From the NCBI GenBank assembly GCA_965203805.1, contig OZ241917.1, positions 3,392,001 through 3,456,000 on the forward strand: DNA of 64,000 bases, read 5' to 3'. Below are positions 9,958 through 20,670 of the stretch, piece by piece (the first letter of the stretch is position 1; the number at the start of each line of letters is the position of its first letter). The DNA is from Candidatus Latescibacterota bacterium (GTDB taxonomy: Bacteria; Latescibacterota; UBA2968; GCA-2709665). The notes below the pieces were generated by a model. The model was not told the DNA's origin, ran no database searches, and worked only from the letters and a program-made list of their open reading frames with translations. A program made the translations under genes and the position numbers.

Positions 9958-11142
9958 ATGCGAATTGTCCACGTCAATCAATTCTATATCCCGGGATTGA
10001 GCTACCAGGAGAACATCCTGCCGCATGAACAGGCGAAACTTGGACACGAAGTGTGGATCCTCACAAGCGATCGCCTTCCTCACCCGAAGAAATACCCCGA
10101 ATCGAGGGATCGGCTTCCCCAGGGTCTATTCCGGGAAGATTCCGTTCGGATCTGGCGGCTGCCCTCGTTTGTACCCATCAAGAGCCGGGGGCAGGTGTAT
10201 ATCCGGAACCTGAACCGTACCATCTACAGACTCCGTCCAGACGTTGTTAACACCCATGGGTTGAGGTTCTTTCCCGTACTTCAGGTCTTATCCAAACGCC
10301 CGTTTTTCGTCCACGTGGGCGATGACCATTCGGACAACGGCAATCTGCCCGCGGGACCCGGCAACGTCATCCGGTTCGGAATTGGAAGACAGGTGTGCAG
10401 AAAAATCGGCCGCCTCGGCAGCAAGGTCTTTGCGTCCAATCCTTTCGCTGAATGGTTCGTGAAGCAGGTGTACGACGCGAAGCCGGAAAGCGTTCATCTT
10501 CTCCCGCTGGGCGTCAATACGTATACATTCTATCCCGATTCCGTGAAACGCGAGGCATGGCGTGCCAAATTGTCAATCCCGGACGATGCGTGCCTGTTCA
10601 TCACGTCCGGTCGGCTGACGCACGGCAAGGGATTCGAGCTCCTTTTCAGGTCCTTCGCGGAGGCCCACCGCCAATACCCGGCCGCAAGACTCGCGATCGC
10701 GGGATCCGGTACTCAGGAATACGAAGCGCAACTGCGCGCCCTTGCCAAAGCCCTGGGCATTGCGGACGTTGTGACCTTTCTCAAGTGGATGTCGGAAGGC
10801 GATCTCTGCGCCTGTTACAACGCCTCGGACGTGGGGGTGATGCCCGGCAAGCTGGGCGGAATGAAGGAAATCCTCGGCGTCGGCCGCCCCCTCATCGCGC
10901 CCAACCATCTCGCGACAGCCTACCTGGTTGAAAGCAAGAACGGCATTGCTTTCACACCCGACGATCGCGCGAGTCTTGCCAGTGCGATGCTGGACTATGC
11001 CGGGAACCCTGAACTCAGGAATCGGCATGGTAAGGCCTCTCTTCACGTGTCCGGACACCATCTCTCGTGGGCCGAGATTGCGCGAGACAGCATTCGGGTG
11101 TACGAAGAGTTGCTGGGCGGTGCTGAAAACACAGAGCCGTAA
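9958..11142 (+). CDS. Glycosyltransferase family 4
   Basis: MRIVHVN start, LGHEVWILT, SGRLTHGKG, YNASDV, LSWAEIA motifs. Confidence 0.85.
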   Translation: MRIVHVNQFYIPGLSYQENILPHEQAKLGHEVWILTSDRLPHPKKYPESRDRLPQGLFREDSVRIWRLPSFVPIKSRGQVYIRNLNRTIYRLRPDVVNTHGLRFFPVLQVLSKRPFFVHVGDDHSDNGNLPAGPGNVIRFGIGRQVCRKIGRLGSKVFASNPFAEWFVKQVYDAKPESVHLLPLGVNTYTFYPDSVKREAWRAKLSIPDDACLFITSGRLTHGKGFELLFRSFAEAHRQYPAARLAIAGSGTQEYEAQLRALAKALGIADVVTFLKWMSEGDLCACYNASDVGVMPGKLGGMKEILGVGRPLIAPNHLATAYLVESKNGIAFTPDDRASLASAMLDYAGNPELRNRHGKASLHVSGHHLSWAEIARDSIRVYEELLGGAENTEP

Positions 11143-11170
11143 GCGGTCATAAGGCGATCTTCGCACCCGA

Positions 11171-12043
11171 ATGCGATGGCAATCCATACCCATTCCACCA
11201 TCCGAGGCGCCGGTTTTGCCCGATAACGCACCATCGCTTTCCGTCATCATCGTCAACGTCGACACCGCGAAGTGGCTGAAGCCATGCCTCGAATCGCTGC
11301 AGGAACAGGATATATCCGAATCGATTGAAGTGGTGGTGGTGGACAATGGATCCGGTGACGGCTCCGCGGACATGGTGCGGCACAATTTCCCGGCCGTCAG
11401 ACTGATACGGCTGGAAAGGACCGTCGGATTCGGTACGGCCAACAATTTTGGCGCGAAGCGCTCCGCGGCGCCGGTGCTTCTGTTTCTGAATCCGGATACC
11501 AGATTGGGTGAAGGCAGCCTGTCAGCGCTGTTGCCGAGGTTCGCGGAACGTACGGACTGTGGAATCGCGGGGGGTGTTGTCTTCGACGGCAAGGGCGTGT
11601 TGGAGCGTTCAACGGGATCGTTCCCGACACTGTGCAGTATGGCATTGGGGCGTTTTCTCAAAACCCTTCCGCCTGCCCGCCCATTGCTGGGACGTCTTAC
11701 GCATCAGCATTGGACCGGCTACGATAAACCCCGCCGGGTGGACTGGGTTACCGGCGCCTATCTCTGGATTCGCCGGGAGGTATTCGAAAAGGCCGGGGGA
11801 TTCGACCCACGGATTTTCATGTACTGTGAAGACGTGGACCTCTGCTATCGGGTCCGGCAGCTTGGGTTCGAGGTCCGGTTTTATCCTGAAGCGTCGATCG
11901 TTCATTACGGCGGCAAATCCCGGGTGCCGCGCCCGCGCAAGAAGATGCTGTACGAAAGCCTTCGCTACTTCGCCGACAAACACTACAGGTCTCCCAGATA
12001 CTGTCTGACACGATGCGCCTTCCGGATATTGTCGAAACGATAG
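11171..12043 (+). CDS. Glycosyltransferase family 2
   Basis: VVVDNGSGDGS, GFGTANN, FLNPD, GGFDPRIFMYCEDVDLC motifs. Confidence 0.9.
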   Translation: MRWQSIPIPPSEAPVLPDNAPSLSVIIVNVDTAKWLKPCLESLQEQDISESIEVVVVDNGSGDGSADMVRHNFPAVRLIRLERTVGFGTANNFGAKRSAAPVLLFLNPDTRLGEGSLSALLPRFAERTDCGIAGGVVFDGKGVLERSTGSFPTLCSMALGRFLKTLPPARPLLGRLTHQHWTGYDKPRRVDWVTGAYLWIRREVFEKAGGFDPRIFMYCEDVDLCYRVRQLGFEVRFYPEASIVHYGGKSRVPRPRKKMLYESLRYFADKHYRSPRYCLTRCAFRILSKR

Positions 12044-12047
12044 CGCC

Positions 12048-14324
12048 ATGTCCGATCTCCAAAAGTCTCCTTCAATAGAGCAGTCCCGCCATACGCTCAT
12101 CCGACCCACGATCGTCGCCGCCGTGTTCCTTGCGCTGCATCTCCTGCCGCTTTTCTGGCGGCCCAACCCGTTGTGGGGCGTGGACTTCCTCTTCTATCTG
12201 CCCGCGCCGGTCCAGGCGCTTTTCGTCCTTCTTTCCGTCCTCCTGTTTGTTCCCGGGTTTCGCCGGCAGGTCCGCGCTGCGGCATCCACCCTTCCCTTCT
12301 CGCTATGGGGTCGGGGCCGCAGCGTCCGGATCACGCGGATCCTGCTTCTGTTCGTCGCCCTCGCCGCCTTTGTCGCATTGTCTTCCGCCCGCCATTTTCT
12401 GGGCGACGGGTACCACGTTCTGGAAAAATTGGACGCGGAAACGTGGCACGACGCTTATCGGGCCCCGTTCACAAACACCGTCATAGGTGCGCTGCACGGC
12501 CTGGGCAGCGCTTTGTGGCAAACTCCCGAGAACACCTACCGCGTATACAGCTACGTTTCCGGGATTCTCTACGTCTTTCTTTCCTTCCCGGTTGCCGCTG
12601 TCGTTGGAAAAAACGCCCTGGAGAAATCCATCGTCCTGGCGTTTCTCCTGACTTCGGGATTCATACAACAATTCTTCGGATACGTAGAGAATTACGCACT
12701 GTACATGCCCTGCCTGCTAATCTACCTCTACCTGGGAATACGAACACAGGAATACCGTATACCGCTTTTCGTTCCCGCGCTTGTGATGGGCGTGATGCTT
12801 GCTCTTCACCCGGCTCTCGCTGTGTTCGCACCCTCCCTGCTCTTCCTCGCCTACCGCACCTATCGCCACGGGAAAAACAGCGCCACCCCCTGGAAAAACG
12901 TCGCGAACACCCTGGCCGCGCTCTGCTGCGTTCCTGCCACGACCGCACCGCTTCTGGTGTTAAGCGGCGTGGGATTCAGAGCTTTTCTGTTGAGCATGAG
13001 CAGCGGGGACGTGCTTCCCGTGTTTGCCGAACCCGGCTTCTATGCGCAATACCGCCTCTTCTCTATTGCGCATGTGTTGGACTTTTCCAACCAGCAGCTG
13101 CTGGCGGCCCCTGCGGCATTCATGGTCCTGTTCCTTTGCCGGAAGAGGGATCCGGGCCGCCACGCCTTCCTCGTGTTGTGCGCCATCGTCCCTCTCTTCT
13201 TCACGTTTACTGCAAGAGCCAACATCGGCGCTTTCCGGGACTGGGACGTTCTATCTTTGTCCGCGCTGCCGTTCACGGTGTTGATGGCCGCGGCATTCCT
13301 GGAACGAATACGCAACCGCGAACAACGCTTCCACAGCGCATTTCTTGTCTGTGGGGCGGCCGCTCTCCATACTGTCCTCTGGATTGGTCTAAATGCGAGC
13401 GCCGGACCCGCGGAAGCACGGTTTACCACTCAGTTGGGAAGACTCACCGGCCACGCGAGCGCCACCGGCTGGGTTACCCTTGCGAAATTTCACCGTGGGC
13501 AACAGAATCTTCCAGCAGCCCTCGTTGCATACAAACGCGCGTTGGACGCCGATCCCTCAAATCCCAACCGATCGTTGGCCTATGGCGCGGCTCTTAGAGA
13601 GATGGGCCGGCATACGAGCGCCGTAGAGAACTTTAAAAAAGCCATCGCGCTCCGACCGGATCACGCCGTCCCGTATATGAACCTTGGCGCGGCGTTCAGC
13701 GATCTCGGCCAATTCGATAAAGCCATCGAATACACGAGGAAAGCGATCGCTTTACAGCCGGGCAACGCCACGGCGCACCGGAACCTGGGCGGGATGTACA
13801 GGATGACAGGGCAGGTCGCGAAAGCGATCGAAGCCCTCGAAAGAGCCGCCGCGCTGCGACCTGGCCACGCCGCTACTTTCGGCAATCTCGGCGCCATGTA
13901 CCAGGAGGCCGGGAAATCCGCAGAGGCAATCGAGAATTTCGAAAAATCCATCGCGTTACGACCTCACCATATCGGCACATTGGTGGACCTCTCCGTCGCG
14001 TACAGCGATGCGGGACAGTACACCCGTGCGATCGCGGCTCTCAAGAGAGCAGTCGCGCTCCAGCCAAACCACTTCACGGCGTACCTGAACCTCGGCGCCG
14101 TTCATAACAGAATCGGCGAGTTTGCCACAGGCATAACGTACCTCAAGAAATCCCTTGAAATTCAGCCCGACCATCCGGTCGCTCACGTGAATCTCGGACT
14201 GAACTATCGGGCCCAGGGCCTGTACAAACAGTCGATCGAACATTTCGAGAAAGCGCTGGAACTCGAGCCCAACCATCCACAAGCGGCGCAGATCAAGCAA
14301 TGGATGGAGCAAATCCGCGAATAA
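12048..14324 (+). CDS. Membrane protein with C-terminal TPR array (TMTC-like architecture), paralogue 1
   Basis: Hydrophobic N-terminal ~450 aa (HFLGDGY, GYVENY) followed by ~8 TPR repeats (AYxNLG...A..Y.KA..L.P). Confidence 0.8.
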   Translation: MSDLQKSPSIEQSRHTLIRPTIVAAVFLALHLLPLFWRPNPLWGVDFLFYLPAPVQALFVLLSVLLFVPGFRRQVRAAASTLPFSLWGRGRSVRITRILLLFVALAAFVALSSARHFLGDGYHVLEKLDAETWHDAYRAPFTNTVIGALHGLGSALWQTPENTYRVYSYVSGILYVFLSFPVAAVVGKNALEKSIVLAFLLTSGFIQQFFGYVENYALYMPCLLIYLYLGIRTQEYRIPLFVPALVMGVMLALHPALAVFAPSLLFLAYRTYRHGKNSATPWKNVANTLAALCCVPATTAPLLVLSGVGFRAFLLSMSSGDVLPVFAEPGFYAQYRLFSIAHVLDFSNQQLLAAPAAFMVLFLCRKRDPGRHAFLVLCAIVPLFFTFTARANIGAFRDWDVLSLSALPFTVLMAAAFLERIRNREQRFHSAFLVCGAAALHTVLWIGLNASAGPAEARFTTQLGRLTGHASATGWVTLAKFHRGQQNLPAALVAYKRALDADPSNPNRSLAYGAALREMGRHTSAVENFKKAIALRPDHAVPYMNLGAAFSDLGQFDKAIEYTRKAIALQPGNATAHRNLGGMYRMTGQVAKAIEALERAAALRPGHAATFGNLGAMYQEAGKSAEAIENFEKSIALRPHHIGTLVDLSVAYSDAGQYTRAIAALKRAVALQPNHFTAYLNLGAVHNRIGEFATGITYLKKSLEIQPDHPVAHVNLGLNYRAQGLYKQSIEHFEKALELEPNHPQAAQIKQWMEQIRE

Positions 14325-14465
14325 CAGACCGTCCGATTCCATTTCATCGAGAGCAGGCCGGAGCAATAATCCTAACGTGTTTCAGACCTGGCAGAGTTCA
14401 GCCTCTCCAGGTTCGTCCTCGTCCTCTATCGCCAATACTACGCTCGCGACAAGAAAGACCGCGAC

Positions 14466-16859
14466 ATGAGCATCAATCCCACCGCAGATTCGAGCCAGGA
14501 AACAAGCCCCGTTTCTTTGAAACCCACGGTCATCGCCGCTATTTTCCTCGGGCTCCACGTCCTTCCGCTTTTCTGGCGGCCCAACCCGCTGTGGGGCGTG
14601 GACTTCCTCTTCTACCTGCCCACCACCGTCCAGGCGCTTTTCGTCCTTCTTGCCGTCCTCCTGTTTGTTCCCGGATTTCGCCGGCAAGTCCGCGCCACGG
14701 CGGCCACCCTTCCCTTCTCGCTGTCGGGCCGGAGCCGCCGGGTATTGGTCACGCGGACCCTGCTTCTGTTCATTGCCGTCGCCGCCTTTATCGCATTTTC
14801 CTCCGCCCGCCATTTCCTGGGCGACGGTTATCACGTCCTGGAGAAATTGGATGCGGATACGTGGCACGACGCTTACCGGGCGCCGTTCACCTATGCCGTA
14901 ATTGGTACGCTACACCGCCTGGGCAGCGCCCTGTGGGAAACCGCCGAAAACACGTACCGCGTTTACAGCTACGTTTCCGGAACTCTTTACGTTCTGATTT
15001 CCTTCCCTGTCGCAGCGGTTTTGGGAAAAGACGATTTGGAGAAATCCATCGTCCTGGCGTTCCTCCTGACAACGGGTTACATACAACAATTCTTCGGATA
15101 CGTGGAAAATTATGCCGTCTACCTGCCGGGCTTACTCATTTACATTTTCCTTGGACTACGTAACCTCGAACAACGTATGCCCCTCTTCGTTCCCGCACTG
15201 GCGCTGGGCATGCTCGTCTCATTCCATCGCGTCCTCGCAATTATCGGGCCATCCCTTCTATTTCTGGCCTACGATGATTTTCGTCGCAGACAGGATAGTA
15301 TCTCTACAGGAAGAAACATCCTTGTTACCGCGGCCGCCCTTTGCTGCGTCCCTCTGAGTACCGCGCTTTTCCTGACGTTGAGCGGAGTCGGGTTCGAGGC
15401 CTTTTTCGGCCGAACGGGTAGCGGCGAATTCCTGCCACTCTTCCGGGAACCCGGATTCTATGCGCAGTATCGCATGTTCTCGTTTCCTCATCTTGTTGAC
15501 TTTGTGAATCTGCTACTGCTCTCGGCGCCTGCGGCATGTCTGGCCCTATTCCTTATGCGGAAGGAAATATTGGGCCGCCACGCCTTCCTCGTGTTGTGCG
15601 CCATCGTCCCTCTTTTCTTCACGTTAATTGCAAAAGCCAACATCGGCGCTTTCCGGGATTGGGACGTTCTCTCCCTGCCCGCCCTGCCGTTGACTTTGTT
15701 GGCGGCCGCCGCATTCCTGGAACGAATTCCCAACCGGGAGCAACGCTTTCACAGCGCATTTCTTGTCTGCGGGGCGGCCGGACTCCATACTGTCCTCTGG
15801 ATTGGTCTCAATGCGAGCGCCGGGCCCGCGGAAGCACGGTTTGCCAGTCAGTTGGGCAGACTCACCGGCCACGCCAGCGCCACCGGCTGGACCACCATGG
15901 CGAAGTTCCATCGACAGCAGGGAAATACGTCATCGGCGATCGAGGCATATAAACGAGCGCTGGGCACCGATCGGACCAATCCCTACCGATGGTTGAGTTT
16001 TGGTGCGGCTCTTAGAGAGATGGGCCGGCATACGAGCGCTATTGAGGCCTTCAAGAAAGCCATCGAACTCCGACCGGACATGGCGGCTTCATACATGAAC
16101 CTGGGAGCGGCATACAGCGATCTCGGCCAGGTCGAAAAAGCCATCGAATACACGAGGGAAGCCATCGCTATACAGCCGGGCAACGCCACGGCGCACAGCA
16201 ACCTCGGCGCCATTTACAGCAAGGCCGGGCAAGTCGCGAAGTCGATCAAACACCTCGAAAAAGCCGCCGCGCTGCGACCTGACCACGCGGCCACTCTTGG
16301 AAATCTTGGCGCCATGTACCGTGAAGCTGGTAAATATACAAGAGCGATCACGGCCTTGAAGAAAGCGGTGACGATTCAGCCTGAAGATGCCACCGACTGT
16401 TTGAATCTCGGCGTCGTTTACTGCGACGTCGGGCAGTTCGACAACGCCATCGAATACCTGAATAAGGCCCTCGAAATTGACCCAAGCTACGTGTTGGCGT
16501 ACGTGAACATCGGCTATGCATACAAACGCCAGGGAAAGTATCCTTTGGCCATTGAATACTTTGAGAAAGCGCTCGAACTTCAGACAGGCCGCGCACAATT
16601 TCAGACCTTTCTGGTCATTGGCGACACGTACTACAAGATGAGCGAACTCGAAAAAGCGATACCCTATTTTCAAAAGGCCATTCGACTGAACCCCGGCCAC
16701 GGAAACGCACATCTGCTCCTGGGCCTGGCCTACCGAGACCTGAAACGTGGTGACGAGGCCAGGGTTCATTTCGAGAAGACCCTGCAACTCGAGCCCGAAC
16801 ATCCGCAGGCGGCGCAGATCAAACTGTGGATCGAGGGAGTTGGCGAAGGAAGGATATGA
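14466..16859 (+). CDS. Membrane protein with C-terminal TPR array, paralogue 2
   Basis: Highly similar to 12048-14324 over the membrane domain; about one extra TPR. Confidence 0.8.
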   Translation: MSINPTADSSQETSPVSLKPTVIAAIFLGLHVLPLFWRPNPLWGVDFLFYLPTTVQALFVLLAVLLFVPGFRRQVRATAATLPFSLSGRSRRVLVTRTLLLFIAVAAFIAFSSARHFLGDGYHVLEKLDADTWHDAYRAPFTYAVIGTLHRLGSALWETAENTYRVYSYVSGTLYVLISFPVAAVLGKDDLEKSIVLAFLLTTGYIQQFFGYVENYAVYLPGLLIYIFLGLRNLEQRMPLFVPALALGMLVSFHRVLAIIGPSLLFLAYDDFRRRQDSISTGRNILVTAAALCCVPLSTALFLTLSGVGFEAFFGRTGSGEFLPLFREPGFYAQYRMFSFPHLVDFVNLLLLSAPAACLALFLMRKEILGRHAFLVLCAIVPLFFTLIAKANIGAFRDWDVLSLPALPLTLLAAAAFLERIPNREQRFHSAFLVCGAAGLHTVLWIGLNASAGPAEARFASQLGRLTGHASATGWTTMAKFHRQQGNTSSAIEAYKRALGTDRTNPYRWLSFGAALREMGRHTSAIEAFKKAIELRPDMAASYMNLGAAYSDLGQVEKAIEYTREAIAIQPGNATAHSNLGAIYSKAGQVAKSIKHLEKAAALRPDHAATLGNLGAMYREAGKYTRAITALKKAVTIQPEDATDCLNLGVVYCDVGQFDNAIEYLNKALEIDPSYVLAYVNIGYAYKRQGKYPLAIEYFEKALELQTGRAQFQTFLVIGDTYYKMSELEKAIPYFQKAIRLNPGHGNAHLLLGLAYRDLKRGDEARVHFEKTLQLEPEHPQAAQIKLWIEGVGEGRI

Positions 16860-16960
16860 ATGCGTGACGGATCGGGCTTACCGGGATGGGCGCGCGGGCT
16901 ACCGGGTTGGGATCGTGCCGGCGACGACCCGCGACCGCGCAAGGTGTGCGGACCTCTTAA

Positions 16961-17151
16961 CCTCAATACGACAAAAGCAGCAACGCTCCACCGCGACAAG
17001 ACCTTCCGAATTGGGCCGAAAAGGTCGTCAGGAAGGGAATTTTTTCCGTTCACGTCCAGTGACCTGAAGGATCATGGAAATCAGCAGTTAAATCACCTTT
17101 AATCACTTGCGTATATTCGATTTAACGTCACCGAAGAATGACGAATCATAG
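16961..17151 (+). mobile_element. 191-bp MITE-like element, copy A, flanked by TTAA
   Basis: TTAA at 16957-16960 and 17152-17155; same-length homologues at 31255-31445 and, inverted, 44331-44521; imperfect terminal inverted repeats. Confidence 0.7.
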
Positions 17152-19542
17152 TTAAACACCAGCCCCCAATCGATAACCGACACGCGGCTGGTTGAATATG
17201 TACGTGGGCCTTCTCGCGTCGTCACCCAACTTGTGGCGGAGGGACCTTATCGCCGAGCGCAACGACCTCGTATCGACGCTTCCTCTCCTGCGCCAGACCG
17301 TTCCCAACAGATGTTCGTGCGTCAATATCGTGCCTGCGTTCATTGAAAGTTCGACCAGCAGCCGATACTCGATAACGGTCAACCTTACGTCGCGGCCGCC
17401 AAGGGCAACCCGACGCCGTGCGTAGTCAATGGTCAACTCGCCCAGAACAAGGGGCGTCTTCGGCAGACTCTGGACGGTCACCATCGACTTACGCAGCGCC
17501 ACCCGGATTCGGGACACCAGTTCCGTCGGAGAAAAGGGCTTGATTATGTAGTCCGCGGCGCCTGCCGATAACGCCCGGTCAATGGCTTCTTCGTGAGCGT
17601 ATGCCGAAAGAAAGACGACCGGTATGTCCGCGTCATTGAAGACAGTCCGCATCATCTCAATACCGTCGGTCCCCGGCAGAACCAGACCGAGCAGGACAAG
17701 CGAGGGACGGTGTTGTTCCACGAGCCCCGGTACTTCCTCCGGGTCGCCCGTTGTCACCGGCACGAAGCCCACTTTTTTCAGGGCTTCCCGTACGTTGCGC
17801 AACACCTGCGGGTCGTCGTCCACGACCAGGATGGGCGTTCGCCCCGTGCGGTTTCCGCCGTTCAACGCCTGAGGCCGATTCCGACACATGGCGTGGGCAA
17901 TGTCTCCCGCGTTCTCAGCGATGGGTATGGTAAACGTGACGCTGGTTCCCAGACCCACGCCGTCGCTTTCAACCCATATTCGTCCCCCGTGGGCTTCTAC
18001 GATTCCCTTGCAGATGGCCAGTCCCCACCCTGATCCCTCGGCGTTGCGATGCCCCTCCTCCGTGTTGTAAGGGACAATGTTGCGAAATATGTGCGGCAGG
18101 CGCTCGGCTGAGATTCCTCGTCCCTTGTCAACCACGCAAAAAGCCACGTGCATTCCCTTCTGCGAGGCAGTTATCCGTAGCGGTGAATTCTCAGGTGAAT
18201 GCCTGCCCGCGTTCGAAAGCAGATTCACAAGAACCTGCCTGACACGCATCCGGTCCGCGTTCACCGGCGGGAGTTCGGGCGGCAGCTCAATCAGAATGTC
18301 GTTCTCGCCGCCACTGCTCAAGAACGTGTTACGGGCGCTGTCCACCAGTATGGTAACCGGCATGGGTTCGGGATTGACCTGAAGGGTACCCGTCCTGATA
18401 CGTCCGACGTCCAGCAGGTCGTTGACCATTTCGCTCATCTGATCGGCGTGTTGATTTATGATGCGGAAAAACTGGTCGATCTCGGACCTGCCCAGAGCGA
18501 GACGATCACCCAGCACCATTGCGGCGGATCCCTTGATGGCAGCAAGCGGCGCCATCAACTCGTGGCTCACAATGGCCAGAAAATCGGACCGCTGCCGTTC
18601 CAATTCCTCCAGGAAAGTTGTGTCCTGTACCGTCACGACAATGGATTCCACGCCCCCATCTTCCAATAAGATGGGGGTAAAATTGAGCAGAGCCGTGACC
18701 CGATCCCCGTTCGGACCTTCGACGATGATTTCTTCGGAACGCACTGACGCGGCGCTACCAAGCACTTTGGTTACAGACATCTCCGCGGAAGAAAGCTCAC
18801 GTCCGTCGGCGCGGCGAACCTTTACATTCTTGAGAATTTCTTCAAGCGAACGATTCTGTATCTGCAGGACATGCATGATCCTTGCCGACTCGCGGTTGGA
18901 CGAGATCACGTCTCCGGTCCTGGCGCTGAAGACCGTGACACCGATCGGCGACGTCTTGACCAACGCTTCCAGGTCCGCCCTCGCACGCTGTTCGTCCCGG
19001 TATCGCCGCACGTTGGTAATCATCAACGCCGCATGGGTGGAGAACATCACCAGCATCGTTTCATCTTCAGGAGTGAACGCCCTGCCTCCTTGCTTCTCCG
19101 CAAGAAAGAAAGTACCGACTCGCTCGCCACGGTGGTGCATCGGCACCGCGAGAAACGTCAATGAAGAACTCGCCGGCATTGGCGGACGGAACTCGGGCAG
19201 ACCCAAACACCGAATATGGCTGTTTAAATCCTGCAATCGCAGTGGCTCCTCAATAAAACCGAAGTGTCTGAAGAGTACCTCGTTCTCCCGCGACTTGCAT
19301 ATCTGTTGGGCTTGACTGCGAGACAGTCCGGACACAAGACAGTCCTTAACCCGCCCATCGTCTTCCAACAGTGTCATCATCCCGTACCTGGCGTCAGTCA
19401 AGGATCGGGTGCTGTCCAGAATGGTCTGCAATATGGCCGTGGAGTCGATGTCTTCGTTGATATGGGAGAAGGTCTCGACAATGCGGTCCAAGCGTTCTTG
19501 CAGTTGCTCTACCTCTCGTTCCAGGTCCCTTGGTGCGATCAT
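17152..19542 (-). CDS. Cytoplasmic hybrid sensor kinase/response regulator GAF-PAS-HisKA-HATPase-REC-OmpR wHTH; receiver Asp replaced by Gly
   Basis: SHELMAPL, NLLSNA, DKGRGI, GSGWGL, VVDDD, LVLLGLVLP, KPFSP, LTVIEYRLL, RVGYRL; AGGAG RBS. Confidence 0.85.
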   Translation of the reverse strand: MIAPRDLEREVEQLQERLDRIVETFSHINEDIDSTAILQTILDSTRSLTDARYGMMTLLEDDGRVKDCLVSGLSRSQAQQICKSRENEVLFRHFGFIEEPLRLQDLNSHIRCLGLPEFRPPMPASSSLTFLAVPMHHRGERVGTFFLAEKQGGRAFTPEDETMLVMFSTHAALMITNVRRYRDEQRARADLEALVKTSPIGVTVFSARTGDVISSNRESARIMHVLQIQNRSLEEILKNVKVRRADGRELSSAEMSVTKVLGSAASVRSEEIIVEGPNGDRVTALLNFTPILLEDGGVESIVVTVQDTTFLEELERQRSDFLAIVSHELMAPLAAIKGSAAMVLGDRLALGRSEIDQFFRIINQHADQMSEMVNDLLDVGRIRTGTLQVNPEPMPVTILVDSARNTFLSSGGENDILIELPPELPPVNADRMRVRQVLVNLLSNAGRHSPENSPLRITASQKGMHVAFCVVDKGRGISAERLPHIFRNIVPYNTEEGHRNAEGSGWGLAICKGIVEAHGGRIWVESDGVGLGTSVTFTIPIAENAGDIAHAMCRNRPQALNGGNRTGRTPILVVDDDPQVLRNVREALKKVGFVPVTTGDPEEVPGLVEQHRPSLVLLGLVLPGTDGIEMMRTVFNDADIPVVFLSAYAHEEAIDRALSAGAADYIIKPFSPTELVSRIRVALRKSMVTVQSLPKTPLVLGELTIDYARRRVALGGRDVRLTVIEYRLLVELSMNAGTILTHEHLLGTVWRRRGSVDTRSLRSAIRSLRHKLGDDARRPTYIFNQPRVGYRLGAGV

Positions 19543-20033
19543 CGAATTCTCCTACGACGGTGGCACGGCTCCTGTCTCGCGAGCCTTCAGCAGACAGGTC
19601 ACGAGACCTGCTGCCTCCACCCTTCCGGTTTACAATCATTCCCGCCTGGCGAAATTTCACTCATAAATAACCGTTATCGGCCAACTTTCAACAGATGCAT
19701 CACGCGTTTATGTGTAAGTTTGTTCTTATAGAAATCAATCGCGGCGATTCAGGCGTAAAAGCCTGATCAAGCGTGATGGATCTATTGAAATAATATAGCA
19801 TTGCGGATTCCACATGTCAATTGGAACGCCAGGAAGCGAGTGCTCTCCGGTTTGCCATTTGGATCGTATGGGTGTTCTCGAAATCGTGTCAGCATCAAAC
19901 GATGGATGAAGGAGGGTTTGTATTCTTTAGGGTTGGATTTCTGGTCCTTTGCACTACCCGATGAGAGAGTTCATTTGGCGTTCCACGAACGGTAGAGAAA
20001 TGTCAATAACGTCGTAAGTGGAGGTATCGTTGC

Positions 20034-20276
20034 ATGTTTAAAACGTTGACCCCAAAACCACTTCCCGTAGTACTGCGCACTCAAGCGTGGCCCACGGGAA
20101 CGACCGATCGGCAGAATGTCATTGTGCTGACGTTAGGGACAATTGATCCCGCAAATGAGGAAACTGAAATCAAGGATATCGTAGTTGCGATGACCCTACG
20201 GGAAGCAGCAGGGCTGATTAAAACGCTGGCGGGGGAGATATACGGGGTGGTGAGTCACTACGGGAAAGCAAGGTAG
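20034..20276 (+). CDS. Small hypothetical protein (80 aa)
   Basis: GGAGGT RBS upstream; protein-like composition with C-terminal helix MTLREAAGLIKTL. Confidence 0.5.
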   Translation: MFKTLTPKPLPVVLRTQAWPTGTTDRQNVIVLTLGTIDPANEETEIKDIVVAMTLREAAGLIKTLAGEIYGVVSHYGKAR

Positions 20277-20670
20277 CGAATGCACTGGTAGACTCGCTGT
20301 GCATTATTCGCCGACGACACTAAAGCAGGGCAGGCAGGTTGACGAACAAGCACGGATTCCTGCTCCGGGGCGGTCAAGCGGTGTGACGCGCATGCAAAGG
20401 GCAGCCGACAGTAACGCATACTTCGGCTACACCTGCTTCAACGGCAAGTTGGGGTTGTGATCGTCTTGGAGCTTCCAACTATCGTGCTGAAAGTTCGGGC
20501 GAGCCCTTAGGGTCCATCTCAGGAAGTGGAAAGACGGAATGAGTTTATGGATAAGTCGTATATCAGCATTGGCCGAAAGCCATGGCCAACAATCATCCTT
20601 GTGATTGGTGCGGTTTTAATTCCGATCTCGCGAATTGGAAATCAATCAACTCCGGAGGTAAGGTGGCATT

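Noticed and set aside
12048-16859. Diversity-generating retroelement TR/VR pair in the duplicated genes
   Set aside because: Differences are not adenine-specific and no reverse transcriptase is present
16954-17157. Integron attC reading of the 191-bp element (TAAC...GTTAAAC ends)
   Set aside because: About 200 bp is too long, there are no convincing L boxes, it does not follow each cargo gene, and no intI is present; a TTAA duplication explains the ends better
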